Origin: the human T2T-CHM13v2.0 reference genome, Homo sapiens | Direction: 5' to 3' (one strand) | Assembly (NCBI RefSeq): GCF_009914755.1 | Contig: NC_060947.1 | DNA: 64,000 bases | Shown here: in pieces, positions 1 through 12,505 of the stretch | Layout of the letters: every line of letters starts with the position of its first letter | How positions within the stretch are numbered: position 1 is the first letter of the stretch | Notes under the pieces: generated by a model | The model's input: the letters and a program-made list of their open reading frames with translations, nothing else | What the model was told of the DNA's origin: nothing | The model's database searches: none | Translations under genes and position numbers: made by a program

Positions 1-354
1 TGTGTCCCCACTCAAATTTCATTTTGAATTGTGATCTCGATAATCCCCATGTGTCAAGAGAGGGGCCCAGTGGGAGGTGATGGATCACAGGGGTGGGTTT
101 TCCCAGGCTGTTCTCATGTTAGTGAGTTCTCATGAGATCTGATGATTTTATAAGTGTCTGGCATTTTCCCTGCTTGCACTTCTTTTTCCTGCCACAATGT
201 GTAGATCATTGCTTCCCCTTTGCCTTCTGCCATGATTGTAAGTTTCCTGAGGCTTCCCCAGCCATGGAGAACTGTGAGTCAATTAAGCCTCTTTCTTTTA
301 TAAATTTCCCAGTCTCATGTATGTCTTTGTAGCAGTGTGAGAACAGACTAATAC
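1..354 (+). mobile_element. MaLR LTR (THE1D/MST-like), cut by window edge
   Basis: TGTGTCCCCACTCAAAT... through ...GTGTGAGAACAGACTAATACA, the characteristic THE1/MST LTR end. Confidence 0.85.
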
Positions 355-355
355 A

Positions 356-1779
356 GTGAGAGATGAGGATCCAGTTTTATTCTTCTACATGTGGCTTGCC
401 AATTACACCTGCACCATTTGTTGAATTGGGTGTCCTTTCCCCACTTTATGTTTTTGTTTGCCTTGTGAAGATCAGTTGGCTGTTAAGTATTAGACTTTAT
501 TTTGTGGTTCTCTATTCTGCTCCATTGGTCTGTATGCCTATTTTTATACCAGTACCATGCTGTTTTGGCAACAATAGCCTTTTAGTACAGTTTGAAGTTG
601 GGTAATGTGATGCCTCCAGATTTGTTCTTTTGCTTAGTCTTGCTTTGGCTATGTGGGCTCTTTTTTGTTCTATATAAATTGTAGGATTGTTTCTTCTAGT
701 TCTGTGAAGAATAATGATGGCATTTTGATGGAAATTGCACGGCTTTTGGTAGTGTGGTAATTTTCACAGTATTGATTCTACCCATCCATGAGCATAGGAT
801 GTGTTTCCATTTTGTGTTTCCATGAGCATGGGATTGTGTTGTCTATGATGATTTCTTTCAGCAGTATTTTGTGGTTTTCCTTGTAGATAACTTTCATTTC
901 CTTGGTTAGGCATATTCCCAAGGTGTTTTTGTTGTTGTTGTTTGTTTGTTTTTTGCAGCTGTTGTGAAAGGGATTGAGTTCTTTCTTTGATTCTCAGTTT
1001 GATCATTTTTGGTGTATAGCAGTGCTACTAATTTGTGTACATTGATATTGCATCCTGAAACTTTATCGAATTCATCTATCAGATCTAGGAGCTTTTTGGA
1101 TGAATCTTTAGAGTTTTCTAGGTATATGATTATATCATCAGCAAGCAGCAACATTCTGACTTTGTCTTCACTGATTTGGATCCCCTTTATTTCTTTCTCT
1201 TGTCTGATTGCTCTGGTTAGGATTTTCAGTACTATGTTGAATAGAAGTGGTGAAAGTGGGCATCCTTGTCTTGTTCCATTTCGCACAGGGAATGATTTCA
1301 GCTTTTCCCCATTCACTATAATGTTGGCTATGGGTTTGTCATAGCTGGCTTTTATTACCTTGAAGGATGTCCCTTCTATGCCAATTTTGATCAGGGTTTT
1401 AATTATAAAGCGATGCTGGATTTTGTGTACTTTTTTCTGCCTCTATTGAGATAACCGTGTGATTTTTGTTTTAAATTCTGTTTATGTGATGTATCACATT
1501 TATTGACTTGTGTATGATAAATCATCCCTGTATCCCTGGTATGAAATCCACTTAATCATGGTGCATTAGTTTTTTTGACATGCTGTTGGATTCAGTTAGC
1601 TAGTATTTTGTTGAGGAGTTTTGCATTGTTCATCGGGGATATTGGTCTGTAGTTTTTTTGTTATGCCCTTTCCTGCAGTGGCTCTTGGAGCAAAAGTTCA
1701 CAGTGAGAATCTCCACTTGTTGTTCTGTCCATCCAAGTGTGAGCTGCACGTTAGTCCTGTCTCCTAGTCACCATTTTCT
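356..1779 (-). mobile_element. L1PB: ORF2 (RT region) fused directly to the extreme 5' end of the 5'UTR
   Basis: ORF 906-1316 reads [17 protein letters not shown]...[12 protein letters not shown] (L1 RT); 1675-1779 resembles the L1PB 5' terminus. Confidence 0.85.
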
Positions 1780-1789
1780 TTTAAATGTC

Positions 1790-2157
1790 ACAATCACTAG
1801 CCATTCCTATACACCAACAACAGTCAAGCTGAGAGCCAAATCAGGAATGCAATTTTATTCACAATTGCCACAAAAAGAATAAAACACCTAGGAACACAGC
1901 TAACCATGGAGGTGAGGTGAAAGATCCCTAATAAAATATTAGCAAAGTGAATCCAACAACATACCCAAGGAAGACAAGGTTTAACATCTAAAAACCAAAT
2001 AATCTGATATACTGTATTAACAAGATAAAAGAAAAAAAACACATAATTTATAGATGCAGAAAAAGCATTTGACAACATCCAACACTCTTTCATGATAAAA
2101 AACCTTAACAGACTAGGAATACCTGAGCACTTCCTCAGCTGTTAACGGGCATCTACT
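1790..2157 (+). mobile_element. L1 ORF2 fragments (L1P/L1M)
   Basis: CAAGCTGAGAGCCAAATCAGGAATGCAAT and GATGCAGAAAAAGCATTTGACAACATCCAACA are L1 ORF2 signatures. Confidence 0.75.
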
Positions 2158-2214
2158 GCAGGTGAAACCCATTGGAGAGATTTTTTGGCTTTGCTTCCTT
2201 CCCTCAGGGCCCAT

Positions 2215-2338
2215 GGCCTCATCTTAGTTTAACTAATTACTTCTGTAAGTAATGTATTTCAAAATTAGGTCACATTCTGAGGTACTGGAGGTTAGGATTT
2301 CAACATATCATTTTGGGGACACAATTAAACTCTTAACA
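2215..2338 (-). mobile_element. MLT1 LTR fragment
   Basis: GGTCACATTCTGAGGTACTGGGAGTTAGGATTTCAACATAT...GGGGACACAATT is a typical MLT1 segment. Confidence 0.7.
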
Positions 2339-2399
2339 CTTGAACTCTTAACCCTTAGTCCCCTTGAACATTCAATTACTTTGGTATCAATTCCCTTTT

Positions 2400-2909
2400 C
2401 CTTTCCTTTAAAACATTTTTCTATTAGATAACAACATTTTCCAGATGTTCCAGACTGTGCTAACACCAGTTACATTTTGTCAAATCCACTTCTTTGCTTC
2501 TGCCCCTAGGTCAAAGGACTCAGGCAGCCCAGGAATCATCCCTTGCATCTTTGTTAATTTCTAACTTCAGCAATTTGGCAGAGACGGATTTAGAGACAAA
2601 TGAAAGGGACATTGTAGGCCTTCCTGGTAAACTACTGAAGATATCCAAAAAAGATCCAAAGTGATAGGGCTAATTGAGTATAAGAAAACCTGTGCAGATA
2701 ACATGGCTGAAATCCAGACACAAACCATCACATCACAGTGGAAATACTCTGCAGAGATTCTACTGATCATAGTTGAAAAGATCAGATAGTGTGGATGATT
2801 GCAAAATGCATATTTGAGTAAAGTGTCACCAGCTCATGTGTCTACAACAGCACAGAGTTGTTTTGTCAAAAATGTAGCTCTGTTAGGGGCTGGTGGTCAG
2901 ATCTTGATT
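2400..2909 (-). pseudogene. MCTP-like exon: post-C2C linker and first membrane region; 3' boundary uncertain
   Basis: Acceptor ttggttatttcttcag|A at 2910/2909; FLTKQL ~ RLSKQL; WISAMLSAQVF keeps the W-x-S-x3-S-x3-F spacing of MCTP WDSPPRSLAAF; includes ORF 2567-2770. Confidence 0.7.
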
Positions 2910-3388
2910 CTGAAGAAATAACCAAATGGGAAGCAAAGTGTGAAAGGAAAATATTGGGGCCATAAAATTACTAAACTAAAATGAAAAGTCAAGCTGAGAA
3001 CTTCTCAGGGCAAACTTGCTTCCCATTCTATTCAAAGTCATCCCCCCTGTTCACTGAGATAGATGCATATCTGATTTCCTCCTTTGGAAAGGCTTATCAG
3101 AATCTCAAAAGAATGCAACCATTTGTTTCTCATCTACTTGTGACCTGGAAAGCCATTCCCTGCTTTGAGTTGTTCCCGCCTCTCTGAATGGAACAAATGT
3201 ACTTCTTAAATGTATTGGTTGATGTCTCATGTTTCTCTGAAACTTATAAAACTAAGCTGTGCCCTGAACACTTTGGGCACACGTCTTAAGGGCTTCCTGA
3301 GGCTGTGTCATGGGCATGCATCCTCAACCTTGGCAAAATAAACTTTCTAAACTAACTGAAACCATCTCAGATATTCAGGGTTCACATT

Positions 3389-3406
3389 TGCTAACCATGG
3401 AGGGAT
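3389..3406 (+). other. Primer-binding site, tRNA-Arg(UCG)-type
   Basis: TGCTAACCATGGAGGGAT versus expected TGGTAACCACGAAGGGAT (3 mismatches; tRNA end recalled), 2 nt after the LTR. Confidence 0.65.
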
Positions 3407-6400
3407 TCTGAGTGGAGAATGCCCCTGACCTTTGACAAATCTCTTATTGGTGCTTGTTACCAGCATGAGCTAATTTTATGGCTCAAACCAATAGGAAAAT
3501 TAGCTGAAGTCTGAGAGCACATCCTCCAGAGAATCCCTGATCTCCCTAAATCTGGTCAATAAGGTTCATTTTGCTGTACAACTCCTCTTTTTTTTTCAGT
3601 TTTACTTGCTTCCAACACAAGGAAGGCAAGTTTTTCCTGCTTCCATGTTGATGGAAGGCAGGTAACTCCTTTATGGAGTTTGATCTTGCTTCCAACAGGG
3701 AAGATGAGTTTTTTCTTCCTGCTTCTAGGATGGCAGAGATCAGTTTTTGGCTTCAGACCCATTTCTAGGTAAGTAACTGAATTGGTGTTTGTCTTGGCTA
3801 AAGTTAAGATTAACAACTAGCTGGTCTTAATTTCTCCTTACCATTAGAGTACTCAGTAATCATACAAGTTCTGCAATCATTTGTTTCACTTAACTCTTTG
3901 TTTCTGTTTTTGTTGTTGTTTTTTGTCTTTTTCTTACTGGGTTTGACCAACTCTATCCAACTTGATCAAATCTGAAGGAAAGTTCCAAATTATGGGGAAC
4001 AATGCCTCTAAAGTGGCTAAATCCCCCCTGCCCCATACACACACACAAAAGGTGGTGTGGTGGGGGGAGAAAAACAGCCAACAAAGGAAAAAATGGAACT
4101 ACTTTTTATTTTGACTACTTAAGGGGCTTTATATACATAACAAGGTCCTCTTTGTACCTAGCCAGGCCAAACTGAAAGAGTTTGCTGTCATCCCATGCTG
4201 CAGTTCAATAGCTAAGGTCCTGATTTTTTTTTTTCACTACGACAGCCTGGGTTTAGTTCTTAAATCAAGCCCTTTCTGATTTGCTACTTGGTACTTCTGA
4301 AATAGCTGCAATATGTCCTAGCTAAAATATGGTAATGAGATTTAAAAGGATTTATTTTAAAGGAGCTCAGTGGTTAAAAGTCAGCTCAATTAAAAGGCTA
4401 ACATCCAAGAAGTGTGTATGTGGGCATGTGTGCATATGTGCATATTTGTATTTAAAAAACCTTTATGTTGTTGTTTTGTTGTTTGTTTTTCTCTCCTAGG
4501 ACCTTGTCTTTTTTTGAGTAAAAGTTTTTTTCTTCTCAGTTCACTGAATTCTGTTTTCACCTGATTTTTTTGACTAAAGTAGTTATTGCAACAGAGGCTA
4601 CTCTTGGGTATTTAAGGAAGAATGTAGTTTAGACACTTAGAAATGTCTTTGTTTAGAAAAAAATTGTTTTTAAGTGCACTAAAAGCATCATGTGGTTTAG
4701 CCTCATAATTCTCCCTTTTTAGAGACCCAGAATTCAGTGTGGGCTCTGCCCATAGCTCAGAGATTCAGTTAAAAAAAGGTAGTCTCTATCTAAATAAAGT
4801 TGGTCTCCTTATACAATCCTACAATAAACTTATATAATTTTACATTTGATTTGGCATCTATCTTTAATCTTCCTCTAGCACGACCAGACTTTTTCTCTCT
4901 GTACTTTGAAATATAAATTTTTCTATGTCATTTTTCATCTAAGAGTTGCTTCCTTGAATATACAGATCTAGGTCTATTTAGTTGACAACTGACAGGGTAA
5001 GGAAACAGCTTATCAAGAGTTGGCAAGTCCAAGACAGAAAAAAAAGGAGGTCTGAGGATGTACTTCTATACAGTCTATAAGATGTACTTCTATCATCATG
5101 CCTAATACGTCTACATATTTCTGTGTTGTGTACACCATGTTTCACTACTGAAACTATATAAAGATCTGTAATTAATTGGCTTAAGAAAATAAAAATGCTT
5201 GAATCAAATATTTTATCAAAAAAAGAAAAGAAAGACTAGTCAACAGCTTTTTCAAGTTTATGTAACTTAAGTAAAATCTTTAATAAATAAGCTAGCTCTA
5301 AAATTATTGAAAAAGTAATATTAGAAATGTCTTAAGAATTGCCAGCATAAATTTTTGTTTACATTTATTAAACAAGCAATTTCATACTTATCCCTACCAA
5401 ATACTACAAGGTGTCAACATATGGTATAGGGGTTACAAAACTATAAACCAAGCCCAAAGCAGAATGATCTTTGCTTGTGTAATTTTAAATAAATAAGATA
5501 TCGTTATTGGCTTAATGAAAACAGCTGCATCTCAAATTTAGTAACATAACTTCTAAATTTGTGGTTTTAGGCAGTCTAATCCACAGGCAGTAAGGAGGTT
5601 TGTTTTGGGAAAGGACCGTTATCATCACTGTTTAAAAGCTAAACTATAAATTAAGTTCCTAACGAAGTTAGTTACACCCAGGAATAAACAAGGACAGCTT
5701 GGAGGTTAAAAGCAAGCTGATGTCAGTTAGGTCAGATCTTTTTCACTGTCCCAGTTATTATTTTGCAATGGTTGCTTTATAACTTTAAATGATGACTATC
5801 ACAGTTTTCATAAATTATCTATGTAAATAATTAAAATAATTAGGTAAATGTAATGGATAAATACTTGTAGAAAACTTGTTATAATTTAGAATATGAAGTT
5901 ATATTAAATTAAATAATAGATGTTTTATTATTTGACTATTTTCCAATAAAAATATATGGTAGAAAAACATCCTTGCTAAAATAAAGTGTGTCCTTTTTAA
6001 AAAAAGTGAAAAAGTTTTGTCTATTCAAAGCTCATTTAAAGATTATGTATAAAACAAAGTAAAAGAACCAGGAAATAAGAGAGATGTAAAGAAAGTTATA
6101 ATAATAAAGAGGTTTTTTATGGTAATAAAGCTCAAACAGAAATAATTTTATATGAGATAGATATTTGTATGGTAAATTCAGTCCTAAAATAAAATGACTG
6201 GTTGTGTAAGAAAGAGGGGTGTTTAGGACAGACCAGAAAGTCCAAGCATGTCATAAATGGTCTGTGTAAGTCACAATACGAGGATTTATTTTTAAAGACA
6301 CTAAAATCTTTTATATGATCAAGTTGTTTATAATTAAAGAGAAATTATAATGCTCTTTCTAGACATTGGGCTTGATGTAAAAAAAGCACTTACACACTAA

Positions 6401-6948
6401 ATTATTGGTTAGAACAATAAAGTTTTCTTAAAGGGTTGATTTACTCTTAATAAATTATGAGGTTTTAATTTTTTTAACCCAAAGTTCAACTTTTTTGCAT
6501 CTTGCCATTTTGCAGCTTTCTCTCCTTTTTTAAAAGGAATGTTTTCTTCCAACATAATATTCTGTGCACTTCAGAAAGGCATATTTTCTTCCAAGAGAAT
6601 ATTCTTTTGCCTTGCGATAACTGGCCTAAAAGATTGTATGTTTTGTTGAAATAATTACTATGCTAATATTATAAAGTTTGTTTTGCTTAGGAAAAAACAG
6701 ATTTAAATTTTATTTTAATTAAGGTTATTACATCATGTATCTTCCTGTATATACTTTTAAAGTCCTTGTGACATTGAGTTACAGGGTTTTGACTCCTGAA
6801 TCTAAAAAGGACACCAAGTCCTGCTAAATCTTAAACACTGACAGCAATTAAATCCCCATCTCCTGGCCCTGAAGAAGATGCCAATCAAAATAAACTGTAT
6901 TCCTGAGACACAGGGCCAGAAATTAAAGCTGTTTAACTCCCCAAGGCC

Positions 6949-7008
6949 CAGGGACTATCTCAGAAGAAGTGGGCACATCAGGGACTATCTCAAAAGAAGT
7001 GGGCACAT
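6949..7008 (+). repeat. 30-bp tandem duplication inside MER4-int
   Basis: CAGGGACTATCTCA(G/A)AAGAAGTGGGCACAT x2. Confidence 0.9.
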
Positions 7009-9740
7009 GAGATTGTGAGGATCAATTTTGAAAGATAAAATAAGTTCAGTTTCTCTATAAATTAATCATTAATTTCAAAGGCATGCTGATACAAGACCAG
7101 CATATGGGCCCCTGTGTCATATTAACAAGGTTTTCTTGAAGCATTAACTGGCTCCCTATTAAAGGTTATAAAGGTTATAAAAGGCTTATGGAAGTTATAT
7201 TTTATGGTCAAGATTAAAATTTTATAGATTGCTTATAAAATTTTGAAAAACAAATTTAACTGGCTTTGTGCTGTTTTTATTAGGGCTTATTTTTTGGAAA
7301 ATTAAGTCTCCTTTCTCAAAGAATGAAGGTTTTTGCCCTTTTTGAAATTCTTGAGTTATCACTTTGGTTGAATGAATGACTTATTTTACAGTGATCTGTG
7401 ATTGTATTTTGTGATATCAAGTGTTTTAAACCTTTGATATTTGACAAGCTTTCTGAAATCAAATTATAAATTATGTCTTTCTGAGCTAATTAATCCTTTA
7501 AGATATTAGGTTCCTCAAAGTCCACAAGTGACATAATTTGGCTTATTTGGTACAAAAATTATACAGGAAACATTGTCAAATATAAAATGGTGTTTGGTTT
7601 TCTTTGGGCTGTATTTGTGTAAATATGTTATTGGTATGTGTTTGAAAATTATGGGAAACTCCTGTCATTCTGATATAGCTTAGTGTACATTATCAGTAAT
7701 AATCAAAATTGTTATGTTAAAATTACTGTGTGCCACAGAGGTCACAAATTTCCTTGTCAATTGTGTATTTGACTATGGTGGCCCTGAAACTTTTTGTCAT
7801 CCATGGACAATTGTTGTGTTGTTTGGGTCCTCTTTAGAAGGTGGTTTTATTATCAGCTATAAAACTCTAACAGGTGCTCTTGAATTCATGTTTCTGATAA
7901 CTTTGGAGACTGTGACACCAGAATAGAGGAAAAACTTTCAGAACTCATGGAGAGCTAAAATGCTCATGAATAGCAGCAGAACAGGAATTAACTGCACAGA
8001 CTGAACTAATCTTTTTGACTTTTTGCTTAAAACGTTGTTGATCCTTTGTTATGCTTTTTCAGTCTTGTAACTTTTCTTTTGAGCTATTGACAGCTTTTAA
8101 CAATTTAGTATACTCCTATGCACAAAATTTGGAGCATATTTGTTTCTTTCTACCTGATTTCTCCAGAATTTGGAAATTATTTATGAGTATTCTTAACTTA
8201 TGACAATACAGTTATTTGCATAAGTGCAATAAGAATCTGTTTTCATTTGTAACAGGACACTATTGGAGAAACTGGTTATTTTACCAAGGCTTTGATTGGA
8301 ATGGTGGGCTTTCCTTTAAGGAATCAAACTTGACTTATGGAGTCAATAAAAGCCCTTGGAAAAACTGGCCTCATACTTTACACAGTCCCTGTACAGGATT
8401 TCTGACCTGTGGTAAGTAAAGAACGTCATTTTCTGACAGACCCAGGAGCCCCAGATTTATCTTGGAACCTCAAGAGGAGAGGAAATTCACCTAACTCATA
8501 AGTATTTGATGGTACAAATTCATGGCTGAGCTCTGCTTTAAAAAAGTCTTATATGAGATTCCGTCTATGGAACAAAGTTCCATCAAAGGCAATTTTAAAA
8601 AGTTTATGTAAAAAATAATTATTTTTGCTGTACTTTATACAAATAATGCGGACAAGCATAATAAAACAAATTGTTCCTACCATGATTTGTCATTAGTAAA
8701 AATGGATAACTGGAGAGAAAAAATATGTTTCAAAAACTATAGTTTTTATTCTATTTTTTCCTGGCTACAAGTCTCCAAAATAATATTTTCCAATGCTTCT
8801 TCTATTTTTCCTTTTTCCCCATTTTTTCCTAATTTGAAATCACAAAAAACAAAGCTATGCTTTCTTAAATCCCTGAGAACTGAAGCTAGGCAACTTAAAC
8901 TTCAGAAGAAAATAATAGTAACCTATTTACATATAAAAGCCACTTTCATAACTGCCTACTAATGGATGGTCTTCAGAGTAATGTGACCTGTATCAATTTT
9001 CCAGGATCATCCTTTTGTTTGTTGTTGTTGTTCTCCCTTCCTCCCCCTATTTTCTCTTCGTAGAACATGAGAATTCACAACCTCCTAAAATGAGTTTTCA
9101 GGACATACCCATCCAGGAATAAACTGTCCTAGCCACAAAAGTTCAGATGAAACCTGAGACCAGGGACCCATTTTCTCCTAAAATGCTTTCTCCAAAAGAT
9201 TTTAAAAAAGAAAAGGGGGATAATATGAAAGGAAAATCTTAGGACCCCCAAATTACTAAGCTAAAAGGAAAAGTCAAGCTGGGAAATGCTCAGGACAAAC
9301 CTTCCTCCCTTTCTATTCAAAGTCACCCCTCCTCACTGAGATAGATGAATATCTTATTGCCTTCACTGGAAAGGCTTATCAGAAACTCAAAAGAATGCAG
9401 CCATTTGTCTCTCACCTACTTGTGACCTGAAAGCCCTCTACCTGCTTCAAGTTGTTCCTGCCTTTCTGGACGAAACCAATGTACTTTTTACATATATTGA
9501 TTGATGTCTCATGTATCGCTGAAATGTATAAAACCAAGTTGTGCCCTGACCACCTTGGGCACATGTCTTCAGGACTTCTTGAGGCTGTGTCATGGGTGTG
9601 CATCCTGAACCTTGGTAAAATAAACTTTCTAAATTAATTGAGACCATCTCAGATATTAGGGGTTCACAAAAGCTATGTAGGGGCAGAGGGAGCAAAAGGA
9701 AATGTTGTAGTTGTCAGCACAAACACACTGACATACTCAC

Positions 9741-9997
9741 CCTCATACACACATATACTTTCCCATATACTCATACATTCATCGAGTTCTGTTATCATAA
9801 TACTAAAATTTTCCCAAGATGCTTTGCTCATTCAATTCACCAGTGTAAATATCCATGTAAAATGTACCCTGAACTTTAGCAGTATACAGACACTGAAAAG
9901 ATGCCATCCACATAGTGTCGATAATACAGAATATCAGGACACTTTAAATAACATGGGGCTGTGAAAATTGATTATGTGATATCCATAGGATGGAGTT
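9741..9997 (-). pseudogene. MCTP-like exon: end of C2C
   Basis: Acceptor ttgctgcctgcctgcctag|A; donor AGG|GTGAGT at 9741/9740 (alternative at 9777); TAKVQGTFYMDIY ~ TGPTKGVIYLEID. Confidence 0.7.
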
Positions 9998-10589
9998 CTA
10001 GGCAGGCAGGCAGCAAAAACAAATTATAATGAAAACAATGATAAGAACTAATTTGCTGTCTATTAGATTAGCAACAATTCATATTATTTCAAATTTGTAG
10101 AAGAACAGGCACTTTCATGCTGCATTGTTAGGAATACAAATTAGTAATAGAATTTTGAATGTAATGTGTTAATATGGAAGTTTTTAGATTGTATAGTTTT
10201 GAAAAAACACTTTCAGAAACTTAATATAAAATGCTTACAAAGATATCTACATATATATAATCAAGACTGTTAAGTATACTATTACTTGGAATAGAAAATA
10301 AGGTAAAGTAATTAATTTTTCTTTTTCAGTACAGTACTAGTGAAATAAATTTTGAAGCATCCATACAATGAAATGCCAGGCCAATGTTAAAAAAAAATTA
10401 AAATTCTGTTGTAAAGTAGTGTGAAATATTATCATAGAAATGTATTTACATGGAAAGGTGGTCATAATTAGGGCAAAGGTAGGTTACAATGATCATAAAT
10501 GGAAGAATCTAATTTTGCTTATATAGGTGTCTAGCTATTTCTCCAGAGGTATCATAGGATTTTTAAAATGATACATTTGTCTTTCTTAC

Positions 10590-10797
10590 ATACAGCTTTC
10601 TCTTCAGCTTAGAAGGAGCCTATACTTTCTGTCTGATGGCCATCAGTATCCCTGTATACTGGGAATATGCCCTTTTCCACCCAGACTTCCAGAAAGCTCT
10701 TTAGGGTGGGTTCCACTTTCGTGCTCATTGGTGTTCAAGCTGCAGTTGAAGCTTCTGTCACAAGATGGCACCAATGTATCTCTATTGTCAAACTTTT
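10590..10797 (-). pseudogene. MCTP-like exon: core of C2C (frameshifted)
   Basis: Acceptor catttctttgcag|A; donor TAT|GTAAGA (or GCT|GTATGT at 10594); FDNRDTLVPSCDRSFNCSLN ~ LNNDRLLTHTVYKNLNPEWN, then LKSFLEVWV ~ IHSVLEVTV and DTDGHQTESIGSF. Confidence 0.7.
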
Positions 10798-10956
10798 CTG
10801 CAAAGAAATGTATGCAGAATGAAAAGTACAATCTCTCCCTTAAAACCGAGCTTATGAATCTATGTACAGAATGATTCTAATTCTGTGTTTAAAAAACTGA
10901 TAGATGTGAAAAAAGACTATTAAAAAAGTGACTCTAGGAGAAAGGCAGAAACTCAC

Positions 10957-10973
10957 TGGCTGATGTGGGTTAC
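10957..10973 (-). pseudogene. 17-nt micro-exon encoding (C)NPH ~ SDPF of C2C
   Basis: tttctctcttaccccag|GTAACCCACATCAGCCA|gtgagt; phase fits the upstream exon. Confidence 0.55.
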
Positions 10974-11090
10974 CTGGGGTAAGAGAGAAACTAAAGCAGG
11001 CGTACAATTTCCACACAGCGTGGGGGCTCAATTAGTTGTAAGTCCTTCCCCTTGATGTCCACTTCCCACTTTAATGAAGGTTTAGTGTGC

Positions 11091-11098
11091 TGACGTCA
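11091..11098. promoter_or_regulatory. Full palindromic CRE
   Basis: TGACGTCA inside a small cluster of retained CpGs; function not shown. Confidence 0.35.
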
Positions 11099-11469
11099 TC
11101 TACGTTACTATTGTCAGTACCCCTGTTTCTTCCCTGCCCCGTGGACCAGTGAGAAGCATACAGGGCACTTTCCTTCTCACGATATTTGTGCAATTTCAGG
11201 GTATAAAGGTAACCTGCAGCATCCCATTGAAGCAAATGTGTCCTTCACCAATTGGTCCCAAACCTGGATGGCCTCAGACCTAGAGTGTCCTGTTAGTTAT
11301 CTCAGAGCCTTGTCTGCTTCCTTGGGAGGCCCCCACTCTTCACTCCAGTCAGGCTGGACCCCCTCTGTCTTCTCTCACATCCAGCCCCAATGAGTCCTGC
11401 CCATTGTACCAGGCATAGCCCCTCTTTTAGGAGTCTCTAATAATTCCAGTGAGGACTTTCTCCTCTTAC

Positions 11470-11561
11470 ATAGAAAGGTAGTTCTACAGATGTCACCATA
11501 ACTTCCACAAGGACCTGGGCCCTGTGCAATCATTATTGTAAACTCTCCATCCTCTGAACCA
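11470..11561 (-). pseudogene. MCTP-like exon: start of C2C
   Basis: cacttttcatacttccag|TGG...CTAT|gtaaga; stop-free frame GSEDGEFTIMIAQGPG ~ KDVGFLQVKVIRAEG. Confidence 0.65.
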
Positions 11562-11718
11562 CTGGAAGTATGAAAAGTGATGGATGCTCAGTGAACATTG
11601 GTGAGATGGTGCAGGTCAAGGCAGGAAAAGAAACTCATCTTGGATGTCTCAGGCACTGGGGCCTAAGAAAAGCTCCTGACTCTCGCTCCAGTGTCCCTCC
11701 CTACAGACCCACAGTAAC

Positions 11719-11768
11719 CTCTTCCTGAAGCTCCAAGAAGGTCCCAGAGCCCCAGGTTATGTACACAT
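11719..11768 (-). pseudogene. Possible linker exon
   Basis: Long pyrimidine tract plus atcag|ATG; weak donor GAG|GTTACT; no convincing motif. Confidence 0.3.
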
Positions 11769-12505
11769 CTGATGTGAATACAAAGGGCCACAACAGAGTA
11801 CAGAAAAAGCACAAGTTATCAACACAAAAGGGGTGAGGACATTTTCCACTCCAATATTATTACACTGCATAACCCAGAGATAGCACTGAATTTCTTATGT
11901 AATATAGATGATTGTGTGTGGCTCCCTTGTTATACTTGCAATACAATGGTATATTTTGTGTAGGGAAACTCTCATATAGAGTAAAAGGATAAAGCAGTAC
12001 ATGGGAATAATAATCATCTTATTCTGGATGGTGATTTTCTCATTATCCAGAATGGGACGTAATTAGGGAGGACTAAATATTTTTCTTAACCTAGATTAAT
12101 TTTACAGCTCTATGCTTTTTACTTCTCAAGTAGCAGAGCATTTACAGACTCAGTTTTTAATCCTAAATGTAATGCATATTCATTTAATAAATGTTTACTA
12201 TTGAATCAAATGCAGAGTTTAAAAATATCAATATCCATCAATTCCATCATCATTGAAATCACATTATGCCATTTTATTCCATTATTTTTCTCTGCATGCA
12301 TATCCACAAATGTACATGTATTATATGTATCATTTCTTAAAACTATTATATTACCATATATGTTTCTTAGTATCTTAGTTTTTGTTACTTTATTTTTGCT
12401 TTTATCTTAATTTTTATTTTAAGTATTAGCACATGGAGAGAGTGTTCTGATTAAATGACAAGGTATAAACTATTATCCAACTTTGTTTTTCAATGAACCT
12501 TTTAC

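Larger units (their letters stand above)
2939..9668 (+). mobile_element. Complete MER4A-type class I ERV provirus (LTR-int-LTR), non-coding internal region
   Basis: LTRs 2939-3386 and 9224-9668; 4-bp TSD AAAG at 2935-2938 and 9669-9672; PBS after the 5' LTR; polypurine tract AAAAAAGAAAAGGGGGA at 9204-9220. Confidence 0.92.

Noticed and set aside
9777-9997. Ion-channel S1-S2 or adhesion-GPCR TM3 resemblance (VLIFCIIDTMWMASFQCLY)
   Set aside because: Isolated short match with no support from neighbouring exons.
9741-10797. TPR / SPATA16 / FKBP4-like reading (WKRAYSQY, CYLK, GYLH)
   Set aside because: It needs frames with random-level stop density and several gaps, and the small TPR consensus residues are absent. 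The C2/MCTP reading explains all exons in order.
11163-11207. NF-kB-like, C/EBP and TATAAA motifs as a plus-strand inflammatory promoter
   Set aside because: Short motifs, an imperfect kB site and no recognisable plus-strand gene downstream.
11719-11768. WGSGT reading resembling an antigen-receptor J segment
   Set aside because: No recombination signal sequence and no V or C segments.
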